DNA from: Minutocellus sp. GHC0000111
Lineage: Eukaryota
Assembly: GCA_977018835.1 (NCBI GenBank)
Contig: OZ361256.1
Location: 6,634,001 to 6,698,000, forward strand
Reading direction: 5' to 3'
DNA length: 64,000 bases
Positions 34,995-46,019 of the stretch are shown piece after piece. Made by a program: the position numbers and the translations under genes. Position 1 is the first letter of the stretch; every line of letters begins with the position of its first letter. The notes below the pieces were generated by a model. The model was given only the letters and a program-made list of their open reading frames with translations. It did no database searches and was not told where the DNA came from.

Positions 34995-35609
34995 ATGGGC
35001 ACTCACCCCACCACCACCGTAGCCTCGGCCGTCGTCGCCGAAGAGCGAACCTGGGCCACCAACTGCTGTGGATGCTGCTGCGACATGCGAACTGCCGTCA
35101 TCTGGGTCAACATCGTTTCCCTCATCCTCACCGTTCCGCTTGCCATGCTGTTTGTAGGAGGCACCGTCGCCGTGAATTCCGTCGACATGACCGACGCCAA
35201 TGCCGACTTCTATCAGAACATCGAGGACGACCAGCTCCGTGACCAAACCATCGAGGCCATGGCGCAGATGAAGGGTTCGTCGAACGGCATCATGGCCGCC
35301 GTCATAAGCCTCGTCGTCGTCCGCATGCTGTGCTCGGCCCTTGGTATTTACGGTGCCGTCAAGTACAAGGTTTGGCCGGTCATGGTCAGCCTCGTTGCCT
35401 ACATTGCAGAATTCATCGTGAATATCATCGCTTTTAATTTCCTGGGGCTGATTATGCCAGCATTCTTTGCCTACCCGCATTTCTTCTTCATTCGCGAGCT
35501 CAAGAGGAACATCCACGTTGCCGACATTGCTGAGAATCTGCCCAAGGTCGAGATGGCTGAAGTTGGCCAGACTGTGGAGCCCTTGCCGGTCCAGGCAAGA
35601 ATTGTCTAA
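34995..35609 (+). CDS. Multi-pass membrane protein with N-terminal CCGCCC motif
   Basis: CACCATG start, CCGCCCDMRTAV, and about four hydrophobic segments. Confidence 0.8.
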   Translation: MGTHPTTTVASAVVAEERTWATNCCGCCCDMRTAVIWVNIVSLILTVPLAMLFVGGTVAVNSVDMTDANADFYQNIEDDQLRDQTIEAMAQMKGSSNGIMAAVISLVVVRMLCSALGIYGAVKYKVWPVMVSLVAYIAEFIVNIIAFNFLGLIMPAFFAYPHFFFIRELKRNIHVADIAENLPKVEMAEVGQTVEPLPVQARIV

Positions 35610-35737
35610 TCATTTCGTCCATATACGCATGTACATGGACCTGCTGCATCAATTAGATCGATTGTAAATTGTATCTTAGACATTTCTATTAACTCTACGT
35701 GTAAACTATTTTTTACGTATAAATCATAAGATCAATT

Positions 35738-37055
35738 TCACAAAATGACACAGCAATCGTCTTGGGCAGCAGGTGCAGTGCTTCTCACTGCACTCCTTGC
35801 TGTATAATTCTTCATCTGGAGCTTGTAGTCCACGACATCCGGTATGGTCGATGCCGACGAAGACGATTCAAACTGTGCATACAGAGACGGCAATTTGTTG
35901 ACAAAGGTCCTCTGAAAAGGTCTCATTGGAAGCCGGCGCTGAGCCTCCAGAAAGTTGTCAAAGTAATATCTATATTCCAGAGGAGACGACTGATATCCCA
36001 TTAGGTTGCTCAGGGTCTGGCGAGTGAACGGCACCGACTCGTCCATGGCGTCTAAATCGCTTGGATTGAAGGCGGCAACGATTTGGGCCACGAGATGCAA
36101 GCCAAATGAATACGGGAATGCCTTTCCCTGATCCTTGAGGATTTCTCTGGACTCATCGCCATAATCATCAAACTCGGAACAGTATGGAGCCTTCTCCTCG
36201 CATTCTTTCATCCATTCTACGTCGTCATCATTGCCAGTACAAGACATGAATGTAAAGGGGCTGCGCTCTGGGCTGGGCCTGTTGATCAGCATCCTCTCAA
36301 TTTGTCGGCAGGCATAGTCTCCTCCGTTTGGCACACCATCGCCAAGAAAGTAGCGCAACACAGCCTGTCCAGGATGACGACGAAGCGACGCATCAATGGC
36401 CTCCGTCGCGGGCGTTCGTCCGGCAGGTGCGATGTTGAATGCTGCATTAAGTGCCGCCTCGGCACGCTCGATATAAGCTGAGGGAGATTCGCTAGCATTC
36501 CTTGCCAAATGCAGCACATCGGTCCGATTCAAATAGCAAATGGTGATGGGCGGACTGATCACATAGGCCATGAGCTCGATCATTTGCGATATCCTCCACT
36601 TGGCCTCCCACCATCGAGTGAGCGGTTCGCCTCGGGGACCCTTGGCGTCTGTGGGCAGCCTCATGGAACCGGAATCGTCGACAATGATCTCGGCGGCATC
36701 GAATCAAGAAAGTTCGAGCAATTTAGATAGCATCCCTGCAGGAACTTCGTACTTGGCCATGACCGTGTTGAGCTCCTCGAGGCCGCCGTGGGGGGGTGCC
36801 GATGCCGATGATGGCTCATCGTCACTGTCGTCAATGCCAACAAATATCTCCGGCTCGACGGTGTCGTGATATTGAGTAACAGCCGCCTCGTACATGGGCG
36901 TGACGGCGATTTCTTCGTCGTCGGGTTGAGGAGCCGATACGACCGCCAAGGCAGTGGAGGCGTTAGGGAACGGCGACGGCCGTGGCGGTCGGCACGTACG
37001 CCTGGCGATTGTACCTACGTATACCGTTCTCGGTTTTGTAGGGCTTGACGGTCAT
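35738..37055 (-). CDS. vWA-domain protein; frameshift near 36968 and in-frame TGA at 36704-36706 (null allele or sequence error)
   Basis: MIDAS-like IIVDDSGSM, GRTP and FLGDGVPN motifs. Upstream coding-like sequence continues in frame across the TGA. Confidence 0.72.
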
Positions 37056-37668
37056 GTTTGAGGGAAAAGCTTTGCGACTGAACGCTTGTTGCTCGATGCT
37101 ACAATGGAATAGGAATTATGGAGTGCGATAGAAAGAAATGAGCGAGCGAGAGATTGGCAAGATAAGTAGTTGTTGCTTTGTCGGGACTCAACGATCTTGC
37201 CCTGAGAAACGGGACCGAATCGGACAATGGACGGACCGCATTCTCGCACATCATGTCACAGCACCATCTGCCAGCCGGATGACTCGCATACTTTTGGTCG
37301 CACTTTCGGTGGCCGGCCGGCGCGCGAAGCAACCGACCGGCGCGCCCAACGCGAGCCACCATGGCGGCAAAAATTCAAATTGCCGCCGCTACGTGCAGAA
37401 CGAAGGCGATGTCTCGCGCTGGTGTGGGAGAATTACGGCACGAGACCAACCAGGTACTCCCGACATCCTGGTGATATTCCCGTTGGTCTCGATCCATAAT
37501 TCTCCATGAGCAAAAAAAATAACGGCCGCAATCCCGCGGTCAACACCGCAGACAGAGTTGCGGTGCAGAGGACGCCCTGGCTGAACTGCTCGTCCGTCTT
37601 CGCAGAAAGGAACTTCATTACTACAATTTCATCGGCAACAACAACGACTCCTTGATGAATGTGTTGGG

Positions 37669-39146
37669 ATGCAGTCCCATCATGTACGGCGGCGCCGTCA
37701 TGCACACTGCGGGCATCTTGGGTTTGAAGAAGAAGAAACACGAAGACTGCGTTGCGACGATGTGTTTTTTGTGAGGACAGACAACCAGAATGGATGGGAT
37801 GAAATGGTATCAAGACACTGCCTTGCCGACGACGTTCAGCGAACCCCATGCAAAAAGAGCACATTTGTTCGCCTCGGTTCTATCAATCCTCGTGCAGCCG
37901 ACGCTCTCCATGATGATGGATGGATGGCTTTCGACATGGTCACGGTCGAGCAACAATTTCGCCTCGAAACACCGCCGCCGCGGCTCAATTTGACGAAGGC
38001 ATGTGATGCATTCCTCAAGTCGGTCGCACCACACATGTCGGTGGGACATGCGGCGATGGACTACGAAATCAACAGGCAGATGTTGCTCGAGGCCCAGAAG
38101 TTCCCTGGTGGGCACAATGGCCAGGACGATGGGTGGGACAATGACGACGATGTTGGGACGGTGGGCACCCTGACCACGACGGAGGCCGGCGAGATCAGTG
38201 AGGACGATGACGACGAAGACGAGGACTATGTGCCCTGTTATGAGGACGAAGCTGATGTTGCAAGAGAGGACGCTACACATGAAGCACACATGCAGCAGTG
38301 CTTTGAGAAGAGTCGTCAGAAGCACGGTGATGGCGAGCCAGAGATGGGAGCTGTCGATGATGCCGAGGATGACGATGCCCCTCACTTCCATTTCCTGAAA
38401 AAGGCCGGCATTGAGGCGGCCGACTCAGGTAAAATAAGGGCAGTGCTGGCAGAATGCTGGAGAGCTTTATCTGTTAATATTTCTGATGGCAACAACAAGA
38501 AGAAACCAAGGACAACAGAGTTCATCCACCATAACACCTCCACCAAAGGAACTCTCCTAGAGCACAATCGCGAGGAAGATGGCATGACGGATGACGACAT
38601 CAAAGAGCTCTGCAAAGCTTGCTCTAATTTGCTCCACACTCTTGACGCAATGCATTCCAGGTTTCTGAAATGGTGGTGCATGAAATGGGATGATGAGGCA
38701 AAGAAGGCTGTGAGAGAGCTTGAAGCATTGATTGCAAGTGCCCTCAAGCAAGCACGGGCAATCGGTGTTAGCACAACGCCCAAGTGGCACTTGCTCGAAG
38801 ATCACATCTTGGACCAACACATTTGGCTAGTGAAGAATGGATGGGGCGGCATCTGTTGGCTCGACGAATCGTTTGCATAGAGCGAGCCCACCAAGAGGGC
38901 GTTAAGGAAGATCGTCGGACTCAGGGCGTCAAGGGACATGAGGCCCAACAGACGGCGCAGTTCAAGGCTGAGGAGAGGGCATCCAATCCAAAGGTCGAGG
39001 AGAGGCGGGAGCGAAACTCTCGGGTGGCAAGAACAAGGACAAGGACCGAAGCTGTTAAAGCAGAAACTGATGACAAGCGCCAACAAATGATCATGATGGC
39101 CACCGATGGAGATGAGGATGTAGAGATGGGAGCAGGGCATGCATAA
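37669..39146 (+). pseudogene. Degenerate DDE transposase with a Transib/RAG/Chapaev-like C-terminus
   Basis: TTPKWHLLEDHILDQ...GGICWLDESF/IERAHQ motif, frameshift near 38878, strong TpA depletion. Confidence 0.6.
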
Positions 39147-39977
39147 AATTAGAAAATGAAATTGCACTGCTGCTACACAATGACAAATGAATTGCATGGT
39201 CCAACTTTTACAAACAGCATCGAGATTGAGAGCAAAAAAGTAAAATAGTGCACCCAAACAAACACATCACGTCCTTCTTAACTCACCCATTTATCTCCCA
39301 GACCAAAAAGTCCCTTTGTCGGGTTGATTGTTGCATAAACTTATCCCAATGCTCTCTGTCTCTCCTCGGGCGCAAAATTATTGTCGGAACTCCGGGAGGT
39401 CGAGTGGGGATGCGATCGGTCGGGATCAGCGAGAGTCGGTCATACGGGGGGTGCGGCGCAATCCCGGCAGTTTATCATCAACAACAACGTGGGAAAGTAC
39501 CAGAGGGTCTGGGGCATCACAACGGGAGCACGACGAGCACAAAGACGGAGCAATGGTGCCACCCCAGAGAAACGAACGGCCGACAGATGGAGGAAAAGCA
39601 GGCCGATGGTTCGTGGCGTTGATACGCAGCGGAGGCCAATCTGAGGATACAGTGAGCTTCAACTATATCCAAACATGATAATGAATGCGTATTTGGTACG
39701 AAAATATAGTTGTGCGCCGGCGCAACGCCGACGGACCACCATGGTGTTGGACGGTCAAAGAATGGGTGACGAACGAGATTGGGTTTTGGTGGGTTTCTTC
39801 GTGACGTGTTCGTCTTCTGCCGAAAAACGCTTCATCCGACCGGCGAAACAAGACGAGATGGGGCTGTGATGTGTCTGCATTTTCCCCGGCGACCGGTATC
39901 TTCCTGTGCTGCCTCTCGCCATACAAACACCGTCGTCGTCCCAAGAGTTTTGCCCCTTACACTTGCTTCTTTCCACA

Positions 39978-40881
39978 ATGTCGGGCAGTGGCGAGGCAAG
40001 CGATGCTGGCCAGGAAGCGCCGGCGGTGAAGAAGCAGCGCAAGCTCACTGAAGTCGAACTTGGCGGTCCGATCGAGGATGAGGAGGTGGCTGAGAAGAAG
40101 TTGTGGAATGCCGGCTTCGATCCCGAAGACATTCGTGAAATCAAAGCAGTGATGTGCCCAGATGAAGTAGGGGAATGCTTCGTCAATCCCATTTGTCACT
40201 TTTCTGGAGCGGGTGATCTGAGGATGTGCCGGTATCTCGTTACCCGAGGAGCTACAACAAGGGATATTTCATATTTCAACGATGAAGACTTTGAGATCGA
40301 ATGGTGTCCCATGCGCGCAGCTGCACAAAATCGCATGAAACATGTGTGCCAATGGCTGTACGATCATGGAGCCCCCGCTGACATCTGCAGGGCCGCCGGT
40401 GATGAAAGGCGCCACTATTCCTTGCAGGATGCTCTCAATCCCTGGGACATGCCCAACCGTGACGTGTCCACGGCATCTTGGTTAGTATTAAACGGAGCAA
40501 TTCCTACAGAAATCGACGGACAGCCGAACAGTAGTATCATGGAGAAAATATTTGCCATTAGCTCAGATCTTGTCGAAAAGGGTGTGGTTGAACGCAAGCG
40601 ATTGTTGCAGTGGGCGGAGAACGTCTGTTCCATTCATGATGGCTTTTTTGTTTTCCTTTGTGGGACCATGCAATTTTCTCGTATGGCGAACATTTCAAAC
40701 CGCAAACGAAGGTGTAGCAGTCTTCTTCTGCTGAGTGGACATGAAGGCATTCGACGGCGAATTGGAGGCTTTGGGTGTGATGCCTGGTCGCAATCTGCGC
40801 ACTGTGTGAGGGATTGTCGGTCCATTGAAGAACGCCTTGGAGCAAGCAAAGAAAAGCGAGCGAGTACCATGGTCCTCGTAG
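39978..40881 (+). CDS. Ankyrin-repeat-like protein; 3' end approximate (probable frameshift near 40770)
   Basis: NPICHFSGAGDLRMCRYLVTRGA and CPMRAAAQNRMKHVCQWLYDHGA. Confidence 0.7.
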
Positions 40882-40932
40882 AATACGGATTCGAGCGCTG
40901 CTTCTTCTCTTTCAGGCATTTGTATCGCATAA

Positions 40933-43002
40933 TTACTTTAACTGCCTACGGATCAACATCCTCCTCCCACTATCCTCGCCCTCTTCGTTACGGGCGGCAT
41001 TCTTCTTTCGTCTTCTCCTCCTCCTTCTCCTACATGCTTCGTCGCATTTCTTCTTTTCTTTGGATTTGTCTTGGCTCGTGTGGGAAGCTACGAGATAGCG
41101 CTGTCGCGAAGAAGACACCATATCATCTGCAATTTCGTCGCACTCGTAATAGTCCGTATCGGACGAACTTCTCGTGGAGTCTTCACAAACAAAAAGGCTA
41201 CAAGTAGCACTACCGACATTCCCAGCTTCGTCTATTGCAGTAACTTCAGCAGTATACAGCCTCACATCAGGCAAACGATCGTCAACTTCATCGTTGGGAA
41301 GGTCGATCTCTATCGCAGGATCTAGGATGCAGGTCTGAGGACTATCAGTATCATCGTCGAATCGACAGGAATCGACTTGCAGAAATAATTGTACCGGGGA
41401 TGACTTTCGTTCGATAAACATGCCCATTTTGTCGACCGTTGTGTCGATTTCACTCGAGTACATGTCAACCCTGGTTGAGATCATTCCTCCTGCACAATTA
41501 TCCTGGACGTCGTAGGAGAAATCAACATTCTGCAGTCTTCGATTCCCTGTTCTGCCCCGGCCTGGTTCCACTATGCTGAGTACAACTTCAGTGCTATTCA
41601 GCGCAATTCCGGCCCCAAACGAGCACGAAACAGTAGGCGCCGTGCCGTCGATTTGTACTGGAATGGCAGCGATCGGCGAAGTATTACCACACCCATCCGT
41701 CGCAGTAACATTCACTTCAGCGTTGGCACAATTCCCGTCGCTGGAGATATCTATGGACTGAATTTCTTGGCAGTCATCGATCACATCCAGAGTCTTTTGC
41801 ACACATTCCTCGGCGTCGTTCCTGGATGGGAACCATATCTCACTCTCGTTGCTGCTGCAATGCTGAACAGCGGCTGAGATGTCCATCGTAGGAGGGATGA
41901 TATCTTCGTCGCATTCGTCCACCAATTTGTTGCAGTTGGAATCGATCCCATCACAACCCGATCCAATGCCCAGCTGCTTGACCGGCCGGCACATCGCCTG
42001 ATCAAACACAGCGCACTGCTTGTCCAGCAGATTTCGTGTATTGCCGTACACCCCACGAGTTTCCGCGCTGGCCACCCAACGCAATTGACTTTGAGTCTGC
42101 TCGAAAGCGGTGGCCAGCCCAAGTTCGATGAGCTGAGCGATGGATACGATAATCTGGACCACAATCTTGACCGGGCTGGGCACTTCGATCACCTTGGCAA
42201 TAATGGGGATGTTGATACTGTCGGGTATTGGTGTGGCTGCAATCTGGGCGGCGAGGCGGATGAAATTTGCGGTGGTCAGACCAATGAGCAGACCACCGAC
42301 CGAGCCTGCGCTCGGTCTGTTGCGATTGCATCCCTCCAAACCGAACGTGTCCTGGATGGAGGCTACCCAGGCTCTGTAGGCACCTCCATCGGGATACGAG
42401 GGAATGGTCTGCTGGTATGGCGCTGGTGATATGGTAGAATTGGCTACATTCAAAAAGTCAGGAATGCACGGGAGCCCCTGGTTGTTATCCGAGCATGGCA
42501 GTATGGCCCGGGCATCGCTGCCAAGCCCTGGATTGCTCTGTGCAATGGGAATATCGCACGCGTCGAATACTTCCCCCTGTAGATTCCGACGACTAAGTCG
42601 ACGATGTCTGCGTCTCTCGTACTCGGCCTGGTCCCAAACTTCGGCATCCTCGGTTAGATTGAGTCGAAAGCTGCCGTCGTTGCTGGTGCCACTCCTGCCG
42701 GCCGCATCTCGCTGCTCTTGGATGAATGTTCCCAGGTTGACAACGTGATCAATAATGCTGCTTCTCTTGGCCATGTCAAACACCCGGCGACACGCCAGGC
42801 GGGAATATCCTGGCACGGACCGAGGATCGCGGACGCCGACGGCCCTGTTGATAGTGGCGGTATGATGAAGGAAGTCATCGCATGTCAAGTAGTCATATCG
42901 ATCGTCGATATCGATGTCGGCGTCATCGGCGGCAGCAGCTACGAGCACAGTTAATGCAGACAGGAGCAGAAGGCCCAAACATCTCCCATCTTTGTGTCTC
43001 AT
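40933..43002 (-). CDS. Secreted or membrane Cys-rich protein with a CDGxDxNC motif and HYR/Ig-like region
   Basis: Signal peptide; central hydrophobic hairpin; GCDGIDSNCNKLVDECDED; VTATDGCGN and VTAIDEAGN strands. Confidence 0.8.
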   Translation of the reverse strand: MRHKDGRCLGLLLLSALTVLVAAAADDADIDIDDRYDYLTCDDFLHHTATINRAVGVRDPRSVPGYSRLACRRVFDMAKRSSIIDHVVNLGTFIQEQRDAAGRSGTSNDGSFRLNLTEDAEVWDQAEYERRRHRRLSRRNLQGEVFDACDIPIAQSNPGLGSDARAILPCSDNNQGLPCIPDFLNVANSTISPAPYQQTIPSYPDGGAYRAWVASIQDTFGLEGCNRNRPSAGSVGGLLIGLTTANFIRLAAQIAATPIPDSINIPIIAKVIEVPSPVKIVVQIIVSIAQLIELGLATAFEQTQSQLRWVASAETRGVYGNTRNLLDKQCAVFDQAMCRPVKQLGIGSGCDGIDSNCNKLVDECDEDIIPPTMDISAAVQHCSSNESEIWFPSRNDAEECVQKTLDVIDDCQEIQSIDISSDGNCANAEVNVTATDGCGNTSPIAAIPVQIDGTAPTVSCSFGAGIALNSTEVVLSIVEPGRGRTGNRRLQNVDFSYDVQDNCAGGMISTRVDMYSSEIDTTVDKMGMFIERKSSPVQLFLQVDSCRFDDDTDSPQTCILDPAIEIDLPNDEVDDRLPDVRLYTAEVTAIDEAGNVGSATCSLFVCEDSTRSSSDTDYYECDEIADDMVSSSRQRYLVASHTSQDKSKEKKKCDEACRRRRRRRRKKNAARNEEGEDSGRRMLIRRQLK

Positions 43003-43409
43003 CTTGGAAGAATACGTCAATGAGTGGTTGGCTCACAGCCACTCATCGTTCTTCTTGAGGAGAAGAGTTGGAGGAGGTAACCGACCGTCTGAAAAAGGAC
43101 TGTTGAAATCAAGAATGACATTTGATAGTCATTTTTTATTCGGATTTTACTTCGCTGTCTTCCTTATGCTTTTCTGCTTCCTGGGGTTTTGTTTGTTTAT
43201 ACTTGAGTACATCTAATTTGAAGCAGCATCTGTCAACGGCAATGCCGACCACTCAATTTTTCAATGGAAGAAGCTAATGGAAGAGCAGGCAGATTCGTCA
43301 GGCGACAAAGGTCAACGTGAGTTGTTGCTCTCATCAACCCAGCGTAGCATACCAGTAGACATTTCTACTGCAGATCGATCAACCCAGGCAAATATTAATT
43401 GCTAACGCA

Positions 43410-45925
43410 ATGCTTGCCAAAAAGCACGTCTTGTGCTCGATTTCATTTCCCGCGCTACTATTGCTATTGCTGGGCAGTACTCAACTCCAGCCAATCTCGG
43501 CGGGCTGTCTCACCAAAACACCGTCCTACCCATCGTTCGATTTTCCGGAATGGAACAACGATGAAGATACAGGCGTGGATGATCGATTCGCAGCCTGCAC
43601 CATTACGCATTTTTATGACTTTTCCTTCCCGATACAGCTTACGTCGGGCAATGTAACGAAGTCTTTTTCGTGCGAGGATCTGATCGACGATAGGAATGGT
43701 GACGACACTCTCAATGCCCTTGTAGAGGAAATGTTCACCGAGACCAATTTGGACAATGTGACCTCAGGCATTAGCATCCCGAATGACGACCCAAGCTGCT
43801 GCCGTGCCTTCCGCTTCGACTTTGCCGAGACCTTGGATGCCGAGGTCCGATTTGACACGCACGTGCAATTCGTCGTCGATGAGGCCTATCCTGGCCAACA
43901 GGCGACCTGGGCCACGTTGTGCGAGGAGCTGTGGGCGTGCACAATATACCAAGAGCGATACAGCAACAAAATGTGCGAAACAATGGGCACAGTTGGCTGC
44001 ACCCCACCTTCCGGTGCTAGTCTTTGTTTTGGCGCTGCCTATGACGGCGACGATGACATGGGAAATGAAGCCCGTCTAGAATTCATAGTTGGCCAATGCT
44101 TCGGCGCAAGTGAGCCGGATTTCGACTTTACGGAACCGTTTCAGCCCGGGCCACTTGAAAGTTTGCAGGAAATGGTAGAAATGAGCTGTGCCATAGCAGA
44201 TGAGCTCTCTCAGCGCTTACTCTTTGAACCAGTCAATGAAGCCTTGTGCAATGAGTTGATTGATTGCACGGTATCAGCGACAAACGAAATGATGTCTGCA
44301 GCCGATATGTCAGCGGAACAAATGGAAGACATGTCAGTGAGCACAGGCGACTTTGATATGTTGCGATTTGACCTTTGCAACGGCACACTGGAGGAACTAA
44401 CGGCAAGTCGAAACAATGCGTGTGATCCCCCGGAGGATGAAGGCGAGGCTGCATTTCAGATCATGGGAGACGGATCTGGTTGTGAAGCGCAGCCCAACTG
44501 CCCGGACGAGCTCCAACCCTTCTTTGAATCGTTCCCACCGGTGTATCCAGGAGGAAGTACCTATGAGGCATCAGTGGCTACTCTACAAGGGATTGGGATC
44601 CAAAATGGGCTCAACAATCGTACGTCGGTCACATACATAGCAAGCATTTCCATTCTGAGGCCGGTCGCACAAGCAATTCTATATGCGACGAGAGTCATTT
44701 GGGCCGGGTGAGTGATCTGTTACTTTTAGATAATTGCATGTGCATGCTTCGAGGTTTCTAGAATTTTAAATCACATTTCTTTGCCTCATATCCACAACGT
44801 CCGCACTTTTGCAGATTACCCGCGGCCATTCTCTACGTGTTTCGGGTTATTTTCAGAGCCATCCCGGCGATTATTTATTTGTCGTTCTCTACAGTGCTGA
44901 GAACTGCTTGGTATCAAAACTCACGTGTAAATGGCGCAGAACTAGAGGCGGCGTATGAGAACACTCGCCAACTTCTAGACGGATCAGCTGCGATCTAGGA
45001 TCAGACTGTCTGTCGCTGTGTGGAGGGCAGCAGAAGGCGGCAAGGCTGTGATTCTCGAGACAATGACTGTGATCAGGTTGTCGATGACTGCTCCGAAGAT
45101 CAATTTTCTCCTGAGATCTTTACCGGCCAAGCCCAGGCATCTTGTACGGAGAAATGGTATCAAAGCAACGAGGAAGCTACAAAGTGTGTCCAAGATCACG
45201 TACGTTTCGAGGACGACTGTGCCAGTGAGCTTGCACTTACCAACACTGCATTAGAGGGAGGATGTCGAAATGTTGCTATCACAGTGAGCGCTGTGGACGA
45301 ATGTTCTAATCGCAATCGTAAGGTTATCAGCAATATCTTGGTTGACACAGAAGATCCAGCTGTGTCCTGTGGATTTAGTGATAACATGGACCCATGGCTT
45401 TTTGTTGAACAGCGTAATCGGCGTGAATTCATCAATCCAGATTTCGTCTACGGGGCGACCGACAATTGTCGAGGAGATCTGTATGTTCAGGTCGATATCT
45501 ACTCGAGTGAAATTGAAATTGATAACTCGGCTGCCTCGGCACTCTTCATTCAGAATGGCACCCTTCCAAACGCCGGTCTCTACCTATCTCATCAGATTTG
45601 CAATCCAAGATCAAACGATGATTGCATACAAGCTGATCCTGACATCAACCTCAGCTATCCTGACAACTACCGTCTCTACACTTTGGTGATATCAGCAAAA
45701 GATGAGGCAGGGCGTTCGGCAGATCAAGCTCGATGCCACATCTATGTTGGCCGACGGCCGACAGGGAGAAGTCGTCGACGATTCAATGAAACTAGCATCG
45801 TTTTGGAAGCAATCGATAATACTGAGCTGGAGGATCAATTTCACATGGCGACATACAAATCAAATTTTGCGCCGATGGCAATGGGATCTCGCACTAGTCG
45901 TGATAATATTTTCGCACATAGATGA
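43410..45925 (+). CDS. Divergently transcribed paralog of the previous gene; intron 44708-44814; in-frame TAG at 44996-44998
   Basis: Signal peptide; after splicing it aligns with the paralog (AAYENTRQLL, GCDSRDNDCDQVVDDCSED, VDIYSSEIE, RLYTLVISAKDEAG). Confidence 0.75.
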
Positions 45926-46019
45926 GTTCGATAATGTATTTTGGATAGTGTTCAGGTAGGTTTAAGTGTTATATATTAGGACCAAGTGGAATCCAATGGA
46001 GCCCAGCTAAAACTAGTAG

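Noticed and set aside
36704..36706. Selenocysteine or a reassigned stop codon
   Set aside because: No redox Cys-type context, TGA and TAG end other genes in the window normally, and CGA-to-TGA or an error explains it.
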